Assembly (NCBI GenBank): GCA_964648835.1
Contig: CAZYLR010000001.1
Span: 1-41,714, forward strand
Reading direction: 5' to 3'
Source: an uncultured Candidatus Saccharibacteria bacterium
Lineage (GTDB): Bacteria > Patescibacteriota > Minisyncoccia > Phycocordibacterales > Zambryskibacteraceae
Length of the DNA: 41,714 nt
Shown: piece by piece, positions 8,447 through 14,877 of the stretch
How the letters are laid out: each line of letters begins with the position of its first letter
Numbering within the stretch: position 1 is the stretch's first letter
The notes under the pieces: model-generated
The model's input: the letters and a program-made list of their open reading frames with translations, nothing else
What the model was told of the DNA's origin: nothing
Databases searched by the model: none
Translations under genes and position numbers: made by a program

Positions 8447-8540
8447 CTAGCTTCTAGGTACTAGGGACTAGGTGCTAGTTTGCATACACAAAAATTTAGA
8501 ATTTAAAGCTAGTCCCTAGAACCTAGTCCCTAGAACCTAA
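8447..8540. promoter_or_regulatory. CTAG-heptad repeat arms forming an 18-25 bp imperfect inverted repeat in the divergent intergenic region (candidate operator or cruciform)
   Basis: CTAG starts at 8447, 8454, 8461, 8468 and 8475, and at 8509, 8516, 8523 and 8530, an exact 7-nt phase in each arm. Left arm 8461-8478 ctagggactaggtgctag matches the reverse complement of 8516-8533 (ctagggactaggttctag) at 17/18 positions. The right arm is a perfect 14-bp tandem (ctagtccctagaac x2). It lies between the start of the giant gene (8382) and the start of the HTH gene (8630). Confidence 0.6.
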
Positions 8541-8563
8541 CTAATTCTTATCCCCAATAGACC

Positions 8564-8592
8564 TTGCTAGATAATATAAGTTAATGTAATAA
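8564..8592 (+). promoter_or_regulatory. Possible sigma70-like promoter for the HTH gene (TTGCTA-17 nt-TAATAA)
   Basis: ttgcta at 8564-8569 and taataa at 8587-8592 with a 17-nt spacer, about 38 nt upstream of ATG 8630. The background is AT-rich, so specificity is low. Confidence 0.25.
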
Positions 8593-8629
8593 TAATTATG
8601 AGTAATTAGTAATGTTTATATAAGTATAT

Positions 8630-8872
8630 ATGACAAAAGAAATTTATTTCTCTATTAAGGAAGCTGCCGATATACTAGGTGTTTCTCCTCTCACCCTTCG
8701 TAATTGGGACAAATCTGGCAAATTTCCCGCTCAAAGGCACCCTATGAACAATTACCGGGTTTATAAGCTTTCAGCATTGGAACACATTATTGAAGATATA
8801 GAAGGGGGTACTAATAAGTCAAACGCCGAGAAACAGATTAAGAAACTCCTCATCAAACATCTGGAAGATTAA
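8630..8872 (+). CDS. Small MerR/excisionase-family HTH DNA-binding protein (80 aa)
   Basis: IYFSIKEAADILGVSPLTLRNWDKSGKFPAQRHPMNNYRVYKLSALEHII matches the HTH_17/MerR N-terminal pattern (EAA..LGVS..TLR.W...G). Confidence 0.75.
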   Translation: MTKEIYFSIKEAADILGVSPLTLRNWDKSGKFPAQRHPMNNYRVYKLSALEHIIEDIEGGTNKSNAEKQIKKLLIKHLED

Positions 8873-8898
8873 AGGAAGTAGCGGGATTAAAGAGACTC

Positions 8899-8924
8899 AG
8901 GAGAAACTTTTTTCTTTTTCTCCT
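8899..8924. terminator. Weak AT-rich hairpin between convergent genes (possible bidirectional terminator)
   Basis: aggagaaa (8899-8906) pairs with tttctcct (8917-8924) around a T-rich loop. It sits between stop 8872 (+) and stop 8928 (-). Confidence 0.3.
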
Positions 8925-8927
8925 CTT

Positions 8928-9533
8928 TCACCTTTTACTCCCATTATTCCCTTTGCTTTTTTGTTCTTCAAGCCAATGATCAAAATCTTTTTCAGTTTGC
9001 TCTCTTAATCTCAATCTTTCTGAAGTTGGCAAAGTATTTTCCGTACTCATTTTTTCTACTAAGGACTTTTGTAACCTCTCTATTAAAAAGTTTAGTTCTT
9101 TAGCTCGAAGTTTTAATTGAACCACCGGAGGTAACTCTGGGTCTAAAGGGTAAAAAGGGATGGACTCAAGGGGTGGAAATTTTTCTCCCATTTTTCCCAT
9201 TACTCCCCTTTCACCCATTACTCCCTTTATTCCCATTAACTCTGGATAGTACCCCTTCCAGATGTCAGTGAAATCTTCCTCTAATTCCGCATTTGATGCC
9301 ACGGCGTATCCAAGAAACTCATAATACTCTTTCGTTGAATTCCTCTTCCATCCTTCAGTAATGTTCTGCTTAGTAGACCGTGCCGAACGATTCATCTGAT
9401 CAGCCAGAGCAATGGCTGTTTTAGATCGAGGGAATAACAAAGTTAGATCGGCACAGAGACTCTGAAGTTCATCCGATTTTCTATAGACTAATAAATCTCT
9501 GTAGCCGTATGGATTGCGAGTTGGCTTGATCAT
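8928..9533 (-). CDS. Four-helix-bundle protein (23S rRNA intervening-sequence protein family) with a Gly-rich insertion and C-terminal extension
   Basis: YRDLLVYRKSDELQSLCADLTLLFP...ADQMNRSARSTKQNITEGWKRNSTKEYYEFLGYAVASNAELEEDF matches the family pattern (..W.ka..L...iy.l...fP......l..Q.rRaa.Si..NIaEG..R.s.kE...FL.iA.gS..El...). The start overlaps the gatB stop (ATGA). Confidence 0.8.
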   Translation of the reverse strand: MIKPTRNPYGYRDLLVYRKSDELQSLCADLTLLFPRSKTAIALADQMNRSARSTKQNITEGWKRNSTKEYYEFLGYAVASNAELEEDFTDIWKGYYPELMGIKGVMGERGVMGKMGEKFPPLESIPFYPLDPELPPVVQLKLRAKELNFLIERLQKSLVEKMSTENTLPTSERLRLREQTEKDFDHWLEEQKSKGNNGSKR

Positions 9534-10948
9534 GCTTCCCCATTATTCCCATTACCTCCCTTTCTCCCTTTTAAAATTTCTTGCAAAACGACTGGGTTTG
9601 CCCTACCTCCCGATTTCTTTATAGCCTGACCAACTAGAAAAGAGATTGGGGCTTCTGGATTCTCTTTCAACACTTCTTTAGCAATTTTTTCCAAAACTTC
9701 CCTGTCACTCTCCTGAATCAAATTTTTATCATTCGCTATAGCTCTTGGTTCACCCCCTTTCTCTTGAATAATCTTCAAAATATCTTTCGCTCCGCGCGAA
9801 GAAATTTCTCCAGCAGATATCATCTTCACAACCTCGGCCAGACTTCTGGCAGGTACCAGAGTTTTCAGGTCACTAGTGACATAATTAGAAGCAAGTTGAA
9901 CAAGCTCCGCGTCTTTAAGAATTTCCGCAACACTTTCGATAAGTCTTCCCCACTCTGGTTCTCGAATATAAATTTCTATATCGCCCTCCTTCAATCCAAA
10001 ATCTCTTTTATACCTCTCTCTCTTTTGCCAAGGCAGTTCTGGCAGAGACGTTCTCAATTTCCTCTCATCAAACTCCGGAATAGCTTTTATAAAAAGCCTC
10101 GGCAAATCAGGGTCCGGGAAATAGCGATAGTCATGGGCCGACTCCTTCAATCTTTGCGAAAAAGTAATTTCCTTGTTTTCATCCCATCCTCTCGTTTCCT
10201 GCACCACCTCTTCCCCTTTCTCGAGCATTTCAATCTGGCGTTCCATTTCGAATTTAATTGCTTTCTCGACGACTTTAAAAGAATTGAGGTTTTTTACTTC
10301 GACTTTGGTACCCAATTTTCCTACCCCCACTCCGCCAAGGCTTCGCGGGGCAAGAGAGATATTGGCCTCGACTCGCATCTCCCCTTTCTCCATATTGGCT
10401 CCGCTCACATCCAAATACTTTAGTAGAAGTTGCAATTCGCGAGCAAAGTTGGATGCCTCTGTTGCAGTTTTTATTACCGGCTCCGTCACAAGCTCCATAA
10501 GTGGCACCCCTGCCCTATTGAAATCCAACAAGGAATACTCAACATTACTTGCCCCGAGCATAGTCGAGGGGTGAATTGATTTTGCTGTATCCTCCTCCAA
10601 GTGGATGCGAGTCAATTTCACCCCCATCAGTTCTCCTCCGCTCACCAACGGATTTTTGTATTGGCTGATTTGATAACCTTTCGGGATATCCGGATAAAAA
10701 TAGTTTTTGCGATCAAATTCTGTATAATCGGCAATTTCCCCATCGAGAGCAACCCCAAGACGTAAGACTTTCCCCACTGCATCTTGATTTATTACTGGTA
10801 AGGTCCCGGGATATCCCATACATACCGGGCAAATGTTTACGTTCGGACGTTTCTCATTCGAATCATTCTTGGAATTACAGAACATCTTTGTCCTTGTCGC
10901 GAGCTCCACGTGAATTTCCAACCCTACTGTCAAAATATATTCACTCAT
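9530..10948 (-). CDS. gatB: Asp-tRNA(Asn)/Glu-tRNA(Gln) amidotransferase subunit B
   Basis: VGLEIHVEL.T.TKMFC...NVNICPVCMGYPGTLPVINQDAV...RKNYFYPDIPKGYQISQY...RVEANISL are canonical GatB motifs. Length is 472 aa. Confidence 0.95.
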   Translation of the reverse strand: MSEYILTVGLEIHVELATRTKMFCNSKNDSNEKRPNVNICPVCMGYPGTLPVINQDAVGKVLRLGVALDGEIADYTEFDRKNYFYPDIPKGYQISQYKNPLVSGGELMGVKLTRIHLEEDTAKSIHPSTMLGASNVEYSLLDFNRAGVPLMELVTEPVIKTATEASNFARELQLLLKYLDVSGANMEKGEMRVEANISLAPRSLGGVGVGKLGTKVEVKNLNSFKVVEKAIKFEMERQIEMLEKGEEVVQETRGWDENKEITFSQRLKESAHDYRYFPDPDLPRLFIKAIPEFDERKLRTSLPELPWQKRERYKRDFGLKEGDIEIYIREPEWGRLIESVAEILKDAELVQLASNYVTSDLKTLVPARSLAEVVKMISAGEISSRGAKDILKIIQEKGGEPRAIANDKNLIQESDREVLEKIAKEVLKENPEAPISFLVGQAIKKSGGRANPVVLQEILKGRKGGNGNNGEA

Positions 10949-11945
10949 AACTTAAATTTTTTGCGAGAGCATTGCCAAACTCTTTGACCAACTTGTCGTC
11001 TAGTATGGAAATTGGAAATACGTGCTCGGTAATTTTTTTCAAAATCCTAAGCTTCCTTTCCTGTTCTTCTTCGGTAAGGATATCTACTTTCGTCAAGACA
11101 ATGACTTCCGACTTTCCCATTATGCCCGCCCGCTTCGACTCGCGAAGCGAGTCGGGCAGGTCTTTATTATAGAGCTCAAGTTCGTTTCGAACCACTCTGT
11201 AGGCCTTGACTGGGTCATCGATTTCAGAGGAGATGCAATGGACAAGCGCCTTGGTGCGCTCAATGTGGCGTAGGAATTTGTGACCAAGACCTTTACCTTT
11301 GGCCGCTCCTTCTATTAGCCCAGGAATATCAGCAAGGATAAGCCCATAAAAGTTTCCTAAAGCCGGCTCAAGTGTAGTAAAGGGGAAGTCGCCTACTCTA
11401 GATTGAGCGCTGGTGAGAGCATTTAATAGGCTTGATTTGCCAGCATTTGGTAGACCGATAATGCCGACATCGACGACCAAGAGAAGCTCAATGTGGAAAT
11501 CCGCTTCTTCTCCGGGGACGCCAGGGGTGGACTCTTTCGGGCGGATATTAGTTGAACCCTTAAAATGTTCATTTCCTAATCCCCCCCTGCCACCTCGAAG
11601 AAGCATCACTCTTTCAGCGTCTTTTAGAAGATCGATGGAATACCCGGTGGAGAGATTGGTCAGACGCGAGCCGACAGGTAGCTTTATTAAAACATCTTTT
11701 CCAACTCCACCTTGTCTGTTATCTTTGGCGCCATCTTCGCCACGCCGAGCTTCAAAACCTCCTACATTGCGATAGGCAGAGAGAATACCAATATCCCGCA
11801 CGCTAAGTGCATAGACATCTCCGCCTTTGCCACCGTTACCGCCCGAAGGACCACCATGGTCTTTACCTTTCTCATGTCGCCAACGCACCACACCATCACC
11901 GCCACGACCTGCCTTAAGGTGAAGAGTTAATTCATCTATAAACAT
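10941..11945 (-). CDS. obg: GTPase Obg/CgtA
   Basis: MFIDELTLHLKAGRGGDGVVRWRHEKGKDHGGPSGGNGGKGGDVY is the Obg-fold Gly-rich N-domain. G motifs are GLPNAGKSSLL and DIPGLIEGA. Confidence 0.95.
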   Translation of the reverse strand: MFIDELTLHLKAGRGGDGVVRWRHEKGKDHGGPSGGNGGKGGDVYALSVRDIGILSAYRNVGGFEARRGEDGAKDNRQGGVGKDVLIKLPVGSRLTNLSTGYSIDLLKDAERVMLLRGGRGGLGNEHFKGSTNIRPKESTPGVPGEEADFHIELLLVVDVGIIGLPNAGKSSLLNALTSAQSRVGDFPFTTLEPALGNFYGLILADIPGLIEGAAKGKGLGHKFLRHIERTKALVHCISSEIDDPVKAYRVVRNELELYNKDLPDSLRESKRAGIMGKSEVIVLTKVDILTEEEQERKLRILKKITEHVFPISILDDKLVKEFGNALAKNLSYE

Positions 11946-12095
11946 CAGTATAAATTCTAATATCTAATTTCTAAATCCTAAATAAGCTACAATTTTCCAA
12001 CTTTAGTCTTTGCATTTTTCCACTATCGCCCCGAAGATTTTTCTTAGTTCTATAGCCTCTTGAATAAGTGACTGCCTGTCTAATATATATGATTC

Positions 12096-12362
12096 CTAAG
12101 GTTCTGCAAGAGATAGCCAATACTCACTTTCTTTTGCTTCTTTTCTAGAGATTTTGATTCTCATCACAAAATCTTTCTTACTTAGAGATTCGTTAGCCTC
12201 AATATAATTTGCACCAACCGAACCAGACGAACGTATGAGCTGTTTGCCATATTCTATATTTGATATGTTCCTTGGTAACTTATTTACATAGTCTCTGACT
12301 TTCATTGCAAATGTTCTAGACCTGTCTTCCAAATCGTAGACTCTCTTTGGTATTTCAGTCAT
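12096..12362 (-). CDS. Four-helix-bundle protein (23S rRNA IVS family), ending at an in-frame TAG that cuts off the last helix (see finding)
   Basis: FAMKVRDYVNKLPRNISNIEYGKQLIRSSGSVGANYIEANESLSKKDFVMRIKISRKEAKESEYWL is typical of the family. The family's C-terminal helix is encoded in the same frame immediately after the TAG (to TAA at 12003-12005). Confidence 0.75.
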   Translation of the reverse strand: MTEIPKRVYDLEDRSRTFAMKVRDYVNKLPRNISNIEYGKQLIRSSGSVGANYIEANESLSKKDFVMRIKISRKEAKESEYWLSLAEP

Positions 12363-12408
12363 TGAGATTTATTTAGAGTTTAGTGTTTAGGATTTAGGAT
12401 TTTACTAT

Positions 12409-13281
12409 TTATGTGTTTAGAGCAATTTCTGCAAGCGCCATTGCTCCTTCTTTAGTTCCAGCTACCGCCGTAAAGAGCGCCCTGTGACAAAATATTGCGT
12501 CCGGAACTCCCGTAATCTCCTGTAGGTCTTTATCGATTTTCCCCGCCCAGGCGACAGGCAGAGGTCGGCGTGAAATGTAACCAGTATCTTGAACCGCCCG
12601 GAGACCCCATCGACCGTCATTCCTAGGATAAACCACAAACATTACTTCCGGTTTATCTGACAAAACGCGCTTCCACGGCAGCTCTTCTAACAAAATAAGA
12701 ATTCTTTTATCAGGACTCGTCTCTAACGCCTCTCTAACCTTGGCCTCACCGATAATAAGACTTTTTACTTTAGCAATTTCGCGCGTCAAAAGTTCCTTGG
12801 CAATTATGACTAGTTCCATAAAAATTCTGTAAAGGTCTTCTTCGCTCTCATGAAGACTAGGCAAGAATGAGTAAAGGAAATCGATGATGCTGTATGCTCT
12901 GACATTTGCAAAACGGTAATCAGCGATAGCTACGCCATTGTCATGGGCGTCCAGAGGCTGCATCAGGATAGTGTCTATTAGTTCCATTTCTTCTTTACCT
13001 CCGGTAAGTGTTTCTCCGAACTTTTTCCAGACTAGTCCGCAAGAAGCATATGGGATACCATTTGGTCTTTCGCCGGCGCCTCCAGGCTGGTGGTGATCGA
13101 AGCGATTTTTTGCCGGATCATAGACCATCCCAACATCAACAACGTAGTCGGCCGTGACAATTTGATCTTTCTCACGAGTACGAACCACTTTGGCCTCGCC
13201 AATAACGAGAACTAAAATTGCTACAGCAAAGATATCGTCGGCTTGAAAAGAGCCGCTATGAGTGAGAATGGTTTTTGCCAT
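12409..13281 (-). CDS. MYG1 / UPF0160 family metal-dependent hydrolase
   Basis: ILTHSGSFQADDIFAVAIL...DVGMVYDPAKNRFDHHQ matches the MYG1 HsGsFHaDe...D.GG.YD....rfDHHQ signature. Confidence 0.85.
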   Translation of the reverse strand: MAKTILTHSGSFQADDIFAVAILVLVIGEAKVVRTREKDQIVTADYVVDVGMVYDPAKNRFDHHQPGGAGERPNGIPYASCGLVWKKFGETLTGGKEEMELIDTILMQPLDAHDNGVAIADYRFANVRAYSIIDFLYSFLPSLHESEEDLYRIFMELVIIAKELLTREIAKVKSLIIGEAKVREALETSPDKRILILLEELPWKRVLSDKPEVMFVVYPRNDGRWGLRAVQDTGYISRRPLPVAWAGKIDKDLQEITGVPDAIFCHRALFTAVAGTKEGAMALAEIALNT

Positions 13282-13795
13282 AAATTTTATTGGCCCAAGC
13301 GAGAAGCAAGATATAGAGAGAAACTGTCAGGGACATTGTGGGGATGGTGATATAGCCAAATGCCATTACATAAATTTTGGAGCATGCGCCCTCTCCGTCG
13401 GTGCAAGCTAGAAGAGAAGAGCCGCCAAAATCAACTTGGGCTTGATACGCCGCGATGATTCCACCCAAAATGATGAGGGGCAGAACGTAGGAAAAGACTG
13501 ACCTGTCCTTGCGCCATAAGGCCACGGCAAAGATAAAGACGGTCGGATAAAGGAAAACTCTCTGCCACCAACATAAGACGCATGGTTCAAAGCCTACAAT
13601 CTCGGAGTAGAAGAGACTACCAATTATCGCGGTAAGCGCCACCAGAAAAGCCAGAATGAGAGCGTGCCTTCCAAGCCAATATGTAATCTCCCTTCCCCAA
13701 AAATTCCTAAAGACCAAAGATAAAAGCAAAATGACAAAAACAATATGAGAAACCAGCGCTAAATACGGCAGTAGTAAAGTGATATTTTCAATCAT
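13256..13795 (-). CDS. Disulfide bond formation protein B family (DsbB/BdbC-like) membrane oxidoreductase
   Basis: There are 4 hydrophobic segments. The first loop has the CxxC motif FEPCVLCWWQRVFLYP, and a second Cys pair occurs at ACTDGEGAC. Confidence 0.8.
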   Translation of the reverse strand: MIENITLLLPYLALVSHIVFVILLLSLVFRNFWGREITYWLGRHALILAFLVALTAIIGSLFYSEIVGFEPCVLCWWQRVFLYPTVFIFAVALWRKDRSVFSYVLPLIILGGIIAAYQAQVDFGGSSLLACTDGEGACSKIYVMAFGYITIPTMSLTVSLYILLLAWANKIYGKNHSHS

Positions 13796-14171
13796 TGCTT
13801 TCCGGCAATGGGCAGCTCGTCGCTGCGCTCAAGCGTTCCAAAGAAAGAGTGCCGGTCTCTCTGGTACCGTCGGAAAATTGCCATGTCGGGTATCCCGTAA
13901 TAGAGGCGTCCTTACAGACTTGAAGCTGTCCTCTACCGTCGGGTGTCGAACATTCGACACGCGGCAAAAGACTGGCGGAACGACCAAACAGAGCCTCCTG
14001 ATTCTTGCAGTTAGGACACCAGAACGCGCCGTAATAAGTCGCCCCGCTCTCTTTAATACAGGAAGCAAATGCGTCTAGTTTACCCGATCTCCCAGGCGCT
14101 TTAACAAGCCAGAGAATGCCGCCAACTATCAACACTAGTATTAGAAGCCATATTAATTTATTTTTTCCCAT
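13788..14171 (-). CDS. Membrane-anchored thioredoxin-fold protein (CPNC active site), similar to the Trx-like domain fused to bacterial VKOR
   Basis: N-terminal anchor LIWLLILVLIVGGILWL. GATYYGAFWCPNCKNQEALFG...VEC...C....ITGYPTW resembles the VKOR-associated Trx-like domain pattern (GakmYGAyWCPHC..Qk.lFG...yvEC......C....I..yPTW). Confidence 0.7.
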   Translation of the reverse strand: MGKNKLIWLLILVLIVGGILWLVKAPGRSGKLDAFASCIKESGATYYGAFWCPNCKNQEALFGRSASLLPRVECSTPDGRGQLQVCKDASITGYPTWQFSDGTRETGTLSLERLSAATSCPLPESND

Positions 14172-14213
14172 ATTGAGTATTATAGATGAAAAATTTTCAT
14201 GTTGCTATGAGAC

Positions 14214-14456
14214 TCACAAGCCCTTGTATGTGTTGCTGTTTCTCCTGTCAATTTTAATTATTTCAATTTTTCTTTCATCCATATAAAATATGATTCTTAT
14301 TCTTGCTTGTCTTAATCTGTACAGCTTATCAAATCCCTTTAGCTTCTTGAAATCTAGACTTCCAAACTCTCTAGATTTCACCAAGCCCAAACATTTTTCC
14401 ACGATAACTCTATCTTTTACAGACAATTTACTTAGAAACTTATCTATTCTGTTCAT
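14214..14456 (-). CDS. Type II toxin, RelE/ParE superfamily
   Basis: KFLSKLSVKDRVIVEKCLGLV...DFKKLKGFDKLYRLRQARIRIIFYMDE..IEIIKIDRRNSNTY matches RelE-like toxins (kfLkkL.kkd...i...l......d.KkLkg...lyRlRvGdyRiiy). It overlaps the upstream antitoxin by 17 nt. Confidence 0.7.
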   Translation of the reverse strand: MNRIDKFLSKLSVKDRVIVEKCLGLVKSREFGSLDFKKLKGFDKLYRLRQARIRIIFYMDERKIEIIKIDRRNSNTYKGL

Positions 14457-14700
14457 TGAGTCTTTTTAGAGACTTAAGAACACTCGCAATCGGTACACCA
14501 CCTGGCTTTATAGAAGTAAAATCAACTACTGTTTCCCAGAGAGAGTCGTCATCTTCGTCAAATGGAACCACTTTAAATACCGGCTTAGATCTTTTAACTA
14601 CTGTAAAAGACTCCCCCTTGCCTAAGCGGCTAATGTATTTAGAAGTGTTCAGTCTCAAATCCTTGAGACCGATTATCTGGTTCTTTGCCTTAGTAGCCAT
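14440..14700 (-). CDS. Type II antitoxin, Phd/YefM-like
   Basis: 86 aa. IGLKDLRLNTSKYISRLGKGESFTVVKRSKPVFKVVP matches the Phd/YefM N-terminal pattern. It lies immediately upstream of and overlapping the toxin. Confidence 0.65.
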   Translation of the reverse strand: MATKAKNQIIGLKDLRLNTSKYISRLGKGESFTVVKRSKPVFKVVPFDEDDDSLWETVVDFTSIKPGGVPIASVLKSLKRLNEQNR

Positions 14701-14797
14701 GCATGAAGTTTATCTTTAAGTAAACTTTAAGTCAATCCTCACGCCCCATGACACTTTTTATCCCAGTAGTAGAAGCTTCGCTTCACTACGGGACTGC

Positions 14798-14833
14798 GAA
14801 ATGTCACTTGCCGTGACATTTCTTGTATTTTTT
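14798..14833. promoter_or_regulatory. Perfect 10-bp inverted repeat (gaaatgtcac-ttgcc-gtgacatttc) followed by a T-run on the + strand; candidate TA operator or orphan hairpin
   Basis: The repeat is seen directly at 14798-14807 and 14813-14822, with ttgtatttttt following. It lies about 100 nt upstream of the antitoxin start, in the secA to TA spacer. Confidence 0.35.
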
Positions 14834-14877
14834 ACCGCTACCATCCTCCTTCGCTAAAGCTACGGCGGGACTCCGCT

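Noticed and set aside
8447-8540. CRISPR array or mini-array (regularly spaced short repeats)
   Set aside because: The units are 7 nt (CTAGNNN) with no spacers, the total length is under 100 bp, the two arms are inverted copies, and no cas genes are present.
9764-10574. 219-aa and 133-aa + strand ORFs
   Set aside because: They are antisense to the strongly conserved gatB coding sequence and are typical shadow ORFs.
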